Assembly (NCBI RefSeq): GCF_000143415.4
Contig: NW_003314303.1
Span: 620,460 to 684,459, forward strand
Reading direction: 5' to 3'
Source of the DNA: Selaginella moellendorffii
Lineage: Eukaryota; Plantae; Lycopodiophyta
DNA: 64,000 nucleotides
Part shown: positions 12,737 through 24,300 of the stretch, in pieces
How the letters are laid out: each line of letters opens with the position of its first letter
Numbering within the stretch: the first letter of the stretch is position 1
Program-made: the position numbers and the translations under genes
Notes under the pieces: model-generated
The model's database searches: none
What the model was told of the DNA's origin: nothing
What the model saw: the letters and a program-made list of their open reading frames with translations, nothing else

Positions 12737-15700
12737 TTAATGAATCTCACCTTGAACCCGGGTTATGAATGCTCTTGCTGCATCTCTTGCATGGTCTGGC
12801 AAGGTGATGGTGGCACTCTGCTTCCGCATCCAACCATGCACAACATTATCCACCGATATGCTCATGCTGGGATCCCTTGGATTCAGCACCCATCTCTTTT
12901 CTAGGCAATCCTTTGTATATCCGGAACTTGGCTTGAACCACTCCACAGTTACATTGAAGGAGTTAGTTTCCGCGTCCTCCTCTGCATCAGTGATGCAGCG
13001 CCCCACCCATATCATTTGTTTTTTATTACTGGGTCTGACAAGCACGACCATTCCTTTGCAGACCTATACTGGATTGAATGCTGAATCCGGCTTCTTGTTC
13101 CTTGGCCCACAATAGTGATCCTCAACATCGTTATCTGTCACTGCATTTCCAGAGGACATTGTTCCGCTACTATCTGGTGCTCTAGGTTCTGGCCAAAAGG
13201 ACTCTTCCAATTCTTCATATACAACCGGCCCATTTTGGATAGCAGATATAATCTTCTCCCAGTATTCGAGCAAAGGCTTGCACCTCTGAAAATAGGATTC
13301 TCCACCAAACACCAACCCCCACTTCCAGAAGGCAATATGCTGTCTAATCCCGGCCACTATACTTTCCTGGTCTTTGAGTCCATCCGGGTGCATCGGCCGT
13401 GGGGAACCCTGAGGAATCATAGGTTCCCCAGTTATGGGATCTCTCTTGAAGAGTTCAATGCCGTCCACTGGCAGCCACAGTGTGTCCCATTCTCTCATCT
13501 TGTACCTCATCACTGGAGCACCGTCACGCATGCTGAAATGAAACTGAAGAGGCTTGGAGTGGCCAATCAGTGTTTCGGATCCGTCCCTGATGTAGCCTCT
13601 TACAAACCCCTTAAAGTCTGGAACCTCTGTCACAAGTGCAGCTTCAACAGTGCCTTTGATGCAATTTTGGAATTCATCGTAGAGTTGTGGGAGGGTGAGG
13701 ACATTGGATCGCCGGAGGGACTCTGTCAGGTGACTGAACATGGCATCGACGTCTTCATAAGTGTGCCCAACCATGAGAAAGCCAAGTGTAACCGTTTCAA
13801 ATATGCCTTTGGCAACAAGCATCGCCAAGTACGCGAAGATGTACATGTTTTTGTTCTCACTGCCAGCATTGTCTGTTTGGAGCAGAAGATGGGGTGGAAG
13901 GCCACATCGGCCGCAAGAACTTCCTTGAGATTCTGCTTTGTTTGGATGAGGCTGTGTGTTCATCGGGCGACCAGCCTCGTTGGAATGGCATGAGGCCTCA
14001 CGTGATAACCCTACAATCTAACGGCCAACATATTCACTAGGATGGCATGGGGCCCCACGCAATACTGCAAGCCTTTGCTCCTCCTCTAGCTGAACCCTGT
14101 ATGGGGTTCGATCGACAAGGGCCTTATGCAATGGTTGGCCGTTCAGCTCAGTCTGCGCACTTTGTAGAGACCTTAAGTGTTTTGTTAGGGACGCAATCAT
14201 CATGTTTGCACCCCCGCCACCCCATAGAGGTACAAAGAAGTTCCCATAGTTCTGGGCACCATGCCCATGAGCGATTATGCCAAACAGAGACACAGGCAGC
14301 TGCATGGATGAAGAGATTGCCTTGGGGGTAGGATTGAGTCGAGGTAAGCACGTCTTTTTCTGGTCCATTTTGTCGTGGATGATGCAGAGGTAAGAGTCAG
14401 GTCTCTCCATGGAGAGAATCTTGTTATGATAATATGCAGTCCTGCAGCTTCTCTGCTCGATGTTGTGGTCAAGCCGCCTTCTAACCAACGTCTCTCGCTC
14501 TTGAGCGCTGCAAGAATTCTTCGACAAAGCCATTTTGATAGCAGTGCACTCGTCACACTTTGAAAAGCTGGAGTACTTTCCTATACTCACATCCCTGAAC
14601 CTGTTGCTCCACAATCTACTAAATCTAGATTGGCTCAGCTTCCTATAGCCATTACTCTGGAGTTCCCGATTCACATCTTCCAATATGGCCCCCTTGGTAT
14701 ACATGGAAGGGAGAACTCGTTGGGTGTCTCGTGTTCCATCTTCCAAGAGGCGGGTTTTATGTGGTTGCTGCTCGCTACATATCTCGACAAACCTCTTGAA
14801 GATTGCCTCTCCATATACAACATGACCCTTGGTTTTGTGCGTACCATCATTCCCATGGACTGCCTGTTGAACCCTTTGTTCCTCGAACTCAGTTTTGATT
14901 CTGTAGAATGTGGTTCGAGGGACTCCATAAATGATTCTCCATGCCTTCATGCAGACCAAACCCCTCTGGAAGACCATGCCCCCCACCTGATGTTCTGAAG
15001 CATCAACAGATGACCGTAATGCCTCATACACAAAATTGCGAGCTGCCTTCCAGGACAATGTCTTGTATCTTGCTCTCTCCTCTTCAATAGCATCCCAATC
15101 AGCATGTTGACAGCACCTCCTCTTGCAACAAGCAACTGTCGAGACCATTCGAACCTCCATCGCCATTTTCTGCCTTTTCGGTTCGTTGCTCAGATCCCTT
15201 TGGCTGCGCTTTAGGAAGGTGTACTTTCTTTTCCCATGAAGAGATGTTCTGTCATCAGTTGTAGTGGTGTTTGATTGTGAATCCTTCACATTCTCAAACA
15301 CTAAATGCCTCAATTTCCACGGCACAATGCTTCCAATAGTCAGACTGTTTTCTTCTGTGTCAACAACCTCTAAAATCGCAATTCCAATATCATCCCAGCC
15401 CAATTCCTGATTAGCAACCACATCTATTGGATTGACAACTGTGGCTAAGCCCTCAGCTACCACCTCCCCCTCGGGGTTGTTTAGAAACACCTTTGCCTGA
15501 ATCCATGTAGCACGGTTCTTAAGATCCACGGAGGGAACATGCGTCGCACTTGTGCTATCCCCAACATTTGCTTTCTTCTGCAGATTTTTCAAGGCAACAA
15601 CAACATTTACCCCGACGACCATCTCTCCTCGTTCAATAGCGACCACATTCCCATCGAAGACAGTCTCTACTGATACAGCAGCATTGCCTTCCCCAAGCCT

Positions 15701-15805
15701 TTGACAGTGTATAACAAAGTTCCGATCCATAGACACAAGGGTCCCTTTTGCAACTCTCTTCCCACCATTCAAAATGTAAACCTTTTCCCCAACCCTGAAG
15801 GCCAT
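12737..15805 (-). pseudogene. Sola1-like DDE transposase with N-terminal Tnp1/En-Spm-like repeats; in-frame stops
   Basis: CCKRRC, VCMKAW..IYG, FSKCDEC, IIHDKMDQKK, LQTDNAGSENKN and FLMVGHTYEDVDAMFS are Sola-type signatures. The three ORFs are in one frame, separated by TAG codons (14018, possibly intronic; 13064). Confidence 0.82.
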
Positions 15806-16160
15806 TCTGAAAGTGCAAAAAAGAAGTTAAGACCATACAAAAAATGATTGGAGAATGGCTTAAATCATAACATACCAAATAGCATGAGGCCACATGCCAT
15901 TATTCAAACATGCTATTGACACCCACGTGAAATTTCGCATTCACAAAATTGGCATGAGGCCTCATGCCATCTTGATATACACACAGCTGCAGGCAAGTAA
16001 AAACATACATGACAATACGCTAGCCATGAAATTGCAAGGGCCCAAGATGGCATGTGGCCTCATGCCATTTCTAAATGTGGTCCTAAGCCATTCCATGGTG
16101 AACATACCAGGAAGCACAAGTGCCGAATATCAAGAGGAAGCGGTAGCCACACCAAAGACA

Positions 16161-16295
16161 GTGCCGCTCGCAACACCGCAACTACTCGTAGCGCCGCTCG
16201 CAACACCGCAACTGCTCGTAGCGCCGCTCGCACAAACTGCCACTCGCATAAACTGCCGCTCGCAATGGCGCTCGCAATGCCGCAACCGCTTGTAG
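16161..16295. repeat. 30-bp GC-rich tandem repeat (2.5 good copies, then decaying)
   Basis: GYGCCGCTCGCAACACCGCAACTRCTCGTA repeated, upstream of the Sola gene. Confidence 0.85.
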
Positions 16296-17089
16296 ACGCA
16301 TAAACCACAGCTCACAACGCCGCTTACACAAGCAGCGCTCACTGCACTCAGCGGAACCAAGAACACGGCGCACAAAAATGATAGACCTAGGAATGAGTTC
16401 GAGAATTCAAAAATAACACACGCTTGAACGTCACATCAAATCCTCTGACAAACCAGATCTTATGATTCTCTGACAAATTTCAAACTGAGTAGCTTCTAGA
16501 CTTTGCTGTCGGAGGTTGAACTTTGTCACATCATGTCCTTGCCTCGATTCAGCTGTGCCATGTCAGTGATTCGAACTTTGCCATGCCGTGTCAGCGATCC
16601 GCGCCAAGATTATTCGCCGTGTAAAGGAATAATTATGCTGTGTGTGTACGTCCATTTATGGCAATATAAGGCCACATGCCATTCAAAGAATAATGCTAGT
16701 TGAGCATTTTTTGGTGCATTTTTTGGTTCAAAATTGCATGAGCCCACACGCTATAAAGTTTACCAGTACCAAAAATAGAAACAGCTTTATTTACTTGGGA
16801 ATTTAAGTGGTTGAGGCATTTTTAAACTTACAAACACATGCCCCATTTACATTCCTTTGGTTTCTTAAAATTCAAAAATATTATAAACCTTTATTTTGCA
16901 TTTTCAATGTTTTCAATTATGGTTTTTGATTTTCGCAGGACCAGCCTAGTAATCTATTTGCATCCTGTCATGTTTATAGCTAGCTTTCGTTTGTCCCCTT
17001 CGCTAGCCTGAGATACATCTGCTCGGCATCTGCCTCTTACAGCATTTGCCCAGAAAGGGCATCTTTCTTCACGCAGCATTTGCCACATG

Positions 17090-17115
17090 TTTAGGGTTTA
17101 GGGTTTAGGGTTTAG
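17090..17115 (+). repeat. Interstitial plant telomere repeat (TTTAGGG)3 TTTAG
   Basis: Read directly from the sequence. Confidence 0.9.
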
Positions 17116-18379
17116 CAATTCAGTAGCTTGATAAACATGCAAATACAGAACTTGATGCAGAATCCTTTGATATGCCACAATGCCCTTAGGACCATAAACA
17201 CATTTCAATAGAGAGGGTCCTTTCATTTCATAACTCCTTACGTAGATCTTGGTGAAACCAGAGTTAGTGAAGTTAGTTTCTTGTGATCCCGCATCTGATT
17301 GTGATGTCCCTTTGCAGTGTCGATGGAAAGGTCAATGCACACCAAATTGTAAAATCTTGGAGCAAAATAACGGTCGGATCTATGGCAAATGCCCTTGAAA
17401 CATTGTAAGGCTTGTGTGGTCTCATGTGGTGTCCGATCGAGATGCTTTTTTGCAGGGTCATCAAGAAGGACATTGTATACCATTCTGTAAAATCTAGTTG
17501 CAATCTAACGGTTGGATCTCCAGAAAACTCAAAACAATCTCGCGCGTGTCAGAATATTCTAGGAATATACTCCTATGTGCCCCTGAAAATGGCATGCGGC
17601 CCCATGCCATTCAAGAGATAACGCCAGATGACGCTGAGCATTTTTTGGTGCATTTTTTGGGATCAAAATTGCATGAGCCCACACGCTTGAACGTCACATC
17701 AAATCCTCTGACAATTTATTTAGCTGAACATCTGGCATTTTTGGAAATACAAGATGCTTTGGAATATCCAATCATGCATGGTTATAAATATAGCGAGGGT
17801 ATTAAATGATATCCCAATCATGATCTTTCTTTTGGATTTCACGTGCATGCAGTCCGAGGAATGATGACGTTACGGATTTCTTTTGGATTTCACGCATGCG
17901 CACGGCGATCCAGAAATTAATGGTGGCACCCAAGTCTGAGGAATGATGATGTGGCGGGATTACCAACCGTCGTGACATTTCGTGCGTGTGAGGTTAGGTT
18001 TTGCATTTTGCTTTGTACTCGCACTCGCACACTTGCGCTCGCATCGCGCTCCCACTCGCGATCATGCTCACATTCGCGCTCATCTACCTTCTCTACAAGT
18101 TTCTCGTGTGCATCGGTGTCCACTCGCGCTTGCATCACACTCACGCTCGCATCGCGCTCGTGTGCATCGGCGTCCACTTCAAGACACACCTAGTTTGTAA
18201 CTTCGCCGCCAACTCCGCCGCCCACTCTGCCACCCACACGCAGCCCACTTGGCGTCCCGGGAGATTTCAGCGCCACTCTCCAACTGTAAGTGGCAGAGTA
18301 GCCTTGCGGCTACGATCCGTTGCACACACAGTGCACATTCGCTAGCGAGTCCGGTTGTCACGCCTCCATTCGGCTTCAA

Positions 18380-21300
18380 ATGGTAAGTCTTTTAGGCCAA
18401 GTAGAAAATGGCATGAGGCCACATGCCATTCAGTAGCAACATTGGCATGCACCGATTGGGCTCTCGAGTGCAGTCCAGTTACAGATGGCGTGTAGCCTCA
18501 CGCCATCTTAGGATGCAGCCTCAAGACATCTGATGCAGTGGTGAATGGCGTGTGGCCTCACGTTATTTCCAGCTGCTAGCTTTTCATTTGTCAGCTCTAA
18601 TTGTTGTGCATTTCTGAACAGGTGAGGAATTGCGTTCTTCTTCCAGCCACTGTCAATGTGGATGCAGAGAAGGGGGAGGAGCTCACCAATTGGACTTTCG
18701 GGATGGAAGGCGAGGATCTGAGGCTGTACAACACAGATGGTGGGAGAAAAGAATGCATGGGGATCCTCATCCAAGTGACAGACACTCCATGCAGTTCCAT
18801 GCAAGAATATGGACTGGCACTTGTGGTAGAGACAGCGTCCGCCTTCAAGATCCACCTTGCACATCCTAGCGGCTTCCCGGAGGGGGGCAGCGGCTATGAG
18901 GAATTCCTAGAGGGAGCTAGGGAGAGGTTGTCCAGGAGGCCCACAATTTCAAAGACGCTGTGGGTTTATGAAGATCTCATGGAATCCACGGACCTCACCT
19001 ACGGCGATGCTCAAAAACTATATTCCAACATTGAGCCGTTGAGAGTGCCTCCAGTTTGTGAAGCGAAGGGGAAGGGGGTCGATCTGGAAACTACCCCGAA
19101 GCAGAAAAGGGTGGTCAAGCTCAAGCCGACGTCCGACTCTCCTCCAAAAAAGAAGCTACTCGGTGATGCCATTGCCTTGGGTTTGAACACTACACCCACC
19201 AAAAAGAAGAGCCGCAAAGAGCAGAAAGAGCAAGAAGAGGCAGCAAAAATCGTCGCAGATAATAGTACTTGTTACTATTCCAACAAAGTATATACAATCG
19301 ACGTGAGCCGTATCGACATCCAAAGCAAATACAACCACAGGCTAGTATCTGATGAGTGGGTAGAGAAACTGAAGCAGAAGATGCTGGCAAGTCCAGTAAC
19401 ACCTGACATCGCAAACGTGATCCCCTACTACCGAACAATGAAGGGCGAGACGAGGTTTCCAGACTTGATCAATAGGAAGGTGTTGGACGATCAGAACATC
19501 CGGTTTTATGCCGTCTCCGGGCAGCATTCTAGCTTGGTGATGCAAGAGATAGTTGTGGATATTATGGTGGGCGAGGAGGTGAAGAAAGTCTTCAAGACAA
19601 GAGTTGTCCGCCTGATAAAAGGCAACTCGCCCCTCCGATCTATCATATACATCTCCCACGCGCAGAATGTCAAGCAAGAAACGTGCTACAAATCGGGTCT
19701 GCACGAGACATTGGCACGAACACGGAAGCTCTGGGTTCAACTGAAGAAGCCACAAAAACCAGGACAAGGACGTGCACTAGCAACTAGCGCCTGGCAGGTA
19801 AGCCTCGTTGCATGTGGCATAGCATGTGGCCTCACGCCATTTCCATTGCAGGAATTCTCGAGTCTTCTCTCGAAAACACTGGGGGTCAATGACACACTCA
19901 GCATCCATAACATTCTACTCGCGACAAAAGTTGTTTTTGACAAATGGGTAGATGTGCTGAGGAGGTACCATGACGGGAGTTACTAAACTCAATGGGTGTG
20001 GAGGACGGCCGGAAGCCCAATGATTTGAAGCCTAACGCCTTGCATTTCTTGCGGTCTCTAGACGACGACGACCTTCTGACAGTGGCTAATGCTCTTCTAC
20101 ATGGTGAGGTAGTCTTCAACAAGACCAAAATGACTCCCGGCCATATTGTGACATACGAGGACTTGTGCACGACTCTGAGAGCTCGTGCGCTATTGAAGGA
20201 TTGGATCTTCGAGCAAGTGGCCGTGGAGAGGGTGAGCATCGACACCATGCAAGAGATGATGGAAGCGCTGGATTTGTCAAATGAAAACATCGACGAGTAC
20301 GTGAAGGGGGCCCCCAAGTTCATCGATCTGCTGCGGGATGCCACGAAAAGTAAAGCTGAGAAGTTGGATTAGTATCCAAATTTCATTAAGAGGGATGTCG
20401 ACCGCCGGCTTCAGAAACAGCTCGACCCCGCAGCAGAGGCCTATCGAGAACCTTACCGGGTATACTTAAATTCGGATGAGGATCAAAGGTGGAGGAGCAT
20501 CGTTTCCCGCGGAGATGAGCAGATCAAGAACATCTTTTGTGTGATGGACTTCACAAACGAGGAGATCACTCATGCAGACGAAGTCAGCTCCATCATTGAC
20601 TTAATGGTGGGACTTGCGGAGGTGGAATCTTCAGTCCACTATATGATCTACGACTCCGAATCCTATCACAAGTTCTGGAAGGCCTTGAACGAGGTGAAGG
20701 CTCGGTTGAAAGGCAAGGAGATGCGGGAGATCCATGGGATAATGGCTAAGAAGAAGATACTGGCGAATGTCCGCATCTTCACACTCGCCTTTGTTATTGG
20801 TCCTGCAGCAGAGTGGGACTGGAGTGACTTCCCAGCTTCGTTCGACAAGGCCGATCGAATTGATTTGAGGGAGGTCAATTTACCCGTGCCTGAGGAACTG
20901 AAGACGGCTATGGAGCTTTCGAATCCAAAGAAAGCTCCAGGTGCAGCATGGGAAATGCTCAGCTGGGTCTTCAACGCAATAGCGGGTGGGTCACCTGCTT
21001 CCGACTCCAAGGGCAAATGCGTTGTCGAGTACAACTGCGGCGGACTATTCTTTCGAGCCGCACTACTCAAGGGTGTCCCGTGTGTTGCGGTGACAAACTC
21101 CATTGAAGAGGTGACTTCAATGGAGCATATAATTACAGTTGCCAAAGAAAAACAGTATCTTCTCTGCGAACCTGGTGAATACACACTTTAAGTTTAAATG
21201 TTATCTCACAAGCTCTGTATGCAGGAGCGTGGCCACCCCCAGATGCTGAAACAGCGTTAACAGCTACTGTTGAAGATACCCATGTTGGGCCGAGCTCACA

Positions 21301-24300
21301 ACCTGCACAAGGTAAGGTCACGTGAGGCCTCACGCCATTTTGATTATAGATCGTTGTGAATATTCAGACACGAGGACTGAAAAGCGCACTGGTGGCGCGT
21401 TGAAGAAGAAAAAAGACAAGCAATAGGAAAAAAGGAGGTACAAATTATATTTGCAATGGCGTGTGGTCTCATGCCATTCCTTGCAGGAGACACTTCTTCA
21501 AAGGCAAAACAGGCAAGCACCAGCCAAGCTCAAACTGTCAGTGGTCATAAAAAGCGAAAGCACGTTGGACATTTGTCGGGATCAGAGGCGTTTGATTCGA
21601 AAAGGAAGAAGGGCAACGAAAAGATGATAGGTAATGCCTCACAGTTATGGCGTGTGTGCTCATGCCATTCATTGCAGGTCAAGGGCTGAGTGAAAGCAGG
21701 CAGTCACCACCTCTTGACTCAGATTCCTATGGCGGACTCCCCTTCCCCAATCTCAATGGAGAGGTACAATGGATGAGGGATGCTTTTCAAGTCAGGGCCA
21801 CATTTTTCTCATCTCGTCGTCTTCGAAGGATGCAAGAACGTGCAGAAACCATGTTAAGACAGTCGGGTGAGGATACGGTCCTAGGTCACTGTAGCGCACG
21901 TGGTTTTGACCCTTTATCCTATGGTGATTTACCATAGGATAACACCACGAAGCGGAACCTAAACCCTCTTTGTGCCACGTGACAGATGCCATGTGTCACA
22001 TGCCACGTGTCCATGCCACGTGTCCATAGGAACCCGAGGTTCAGGGCCTTGGGCCACTGAACGAAGGAACGGTGCCAAACTCCCAAGCGTGACGCCAAGG
22101 AGTGATGGAACCGAACCACGGAGCAACTCCCGAGCATACAGCCCAAGGAGCGAAGGGACAGGGGCCTGGAGCGACTTGGAACAGTCCTAGAGCAACCAGC
22201 ATCCCAATGCCAGGACCAGCACGCAAAACGGAGCCAAACGGAGTCTGGCGCTATTTCGGCATACCGGTGGCCTAACGCGAGGACATGGGTACTCCACCAG
22301 CTAGCATGGAATGGAACTTGGGCTTAGACCCAAGCCGGACGCAGAACAAGGACAGGCACGCAAGCGGGAGCTAGACTATGCCTCAGGTTGGTCGGCCATG
22401 CCCGACCTACCCACTATCCCTACTATACATTTGGAACCCCCCATAGCCCCCCCCCTTGAGGAACACACGCTTTGGGCTTTCACCCCAAGCCTCCCTTAGT
22501 ATCAGGAGTTAGTCTCTGGAACAAACTTAAAACTTACTAAATATGGAATGTCCTTAGAATGCGAATTTGGACATAGGACGAACACCATTGTGTTCAGGCC
22601 GACCTCTACATTCCGTAGATATGCCAAATGAGCGAATCTAGACACTTTCCATAAATAGCATTTGGGACCGAAATGAGACTAACACAAAGGGCATGATAGC
22701 GAGGGTGTTTGGCAAACACGGTAAGCTATCATGTAGCGATATTGAGGGACCAATCTCAATACGCGAGGGTTCTTGTCAAGCCAGTGCAAGACAGAGCAAA
22801 AGAGAACTAAAAAGCCAGGCCAAGTATGCTTGGCTGAATAGACACTTAGGAATTCCGTCCTTATGCTCATCCGGCCAAGTACAGATGCAAAGTCCAGTTT
22901 ACTAACACTTGAACAAGAGGGGCTGATAAAGGGTCCAGCAATACCGACCTCCTGCCATCGTGGCAGTAAGGAAAGAGTGTCCGTAAGGACTAGCCGACAG
23001 GTAACTTTCGATACCCAAAGTCACATGCGCGACACTCTCCCCCCCTTGGGAAGATCGACGTCCTCGTCGATGCATACTCGAGTCTAGAATACCGCCAAGG
23101 AAACAACTCCATAAAAAGTTCACGGTACTCACACTATGTGAGAAATGCACCAACTTAAATGAGTTAGGGGGTAACCTCTTTGTCTAACGCGGATGCACTA
23201 CCAGCTCAGACACCTTCCGGCCGTCGCCGACAAGGAAATGACCAACGGAGTCAGCCACCCCTGCTGCTCTGGGAGTCACCCAGCTTACAAAAGTGTGATA
23301 TGCCCTGCCCGCAGAGACATAGAGAGAGAAGCCAGAGGCCCCAACCCTCCTGAGCAAAGAAACCAAACCCGTCAGTAAGGTTTAGATAGACTACTGTCAA
23401 CAGGCAGTTTAGAGTTGTTTACACGGTCACGCCCTTTCACGGAACAAGGAACATCGACAAAGAGGCGGGTTATGTGACCAGTCGACAATAGCTACCCCAT
23501 GACTAGAGATTTCACCATGTACACGAAGTGCCGAAGCCAGTCTACCTATACTGGCCCAAACTCAAAGATCAATAGATGGACAATATCAAAGTCAGAGACA
23601 ATGATATCTGAGAAGCTTAATTACTAGTGATTATATCGTAGAGTAGAACACAAAAGTATTCTAAGCAAGTTATCATCTGATAAACCAGTAGTATTGTAGA
23701 TAGGAACCACCAAGATCATCATAATTTGGCAAACATAGGAATGACCATCCAACAAAATTCAATAGCTAGTATATCATCAAGGAAACTCAATGATGAAACT
23801 TAACTACCGAAGAAAGTACACAGTAAGCCAACAACTTACTAGAGAGAACTCAAAGAACACAAAGTATCATTGACTAACAAGCACAATGCTCGCGAATGTA
23901 TTACCCAAAGGAAATAACATCCAAATCTATCAAAACTAACTCGAGCAACAATCAACAGAAGAGAATGAATGTGGTAAGACCAACAAACACTCATGCCTGC
24001 CAACTATCACAAAAGCCAATCTGAATAGATCCCAGCCAACAATACCAAGGAACTCAAGTTGCCTAAGCAAGTGTCAGCAACATCCTACTGACGTCTCAAA
24101 CCCAAGAGACCAATCCAGAGCAAACCACAAAGAACATGTGGTATTGCCAAAAGCCAAAAGCCATCAAAGAGAACAACTAACTATCATGAAAGATCGTCAA
24201 TCAGCCCATCAATGTAGTGATGTATAATCATCATTGAAGAAAGAATCTACCATCCCGAAGAATAGCAAATAATTCCAAACCAACAATAATCAAGCAAAAC

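Noticed and set aside
13115-13993. Long antisense ORFs (also 1084-1755, 34698-35291, 41192-41875)
   Set aside because: Shadows of coding sequence on the opposite strand, with no recognisable motifs.
17238-17503. Short minus-strand ORFs in the divergent intergenic region
   Set aside because: No motifs and no consistent splice chain found.
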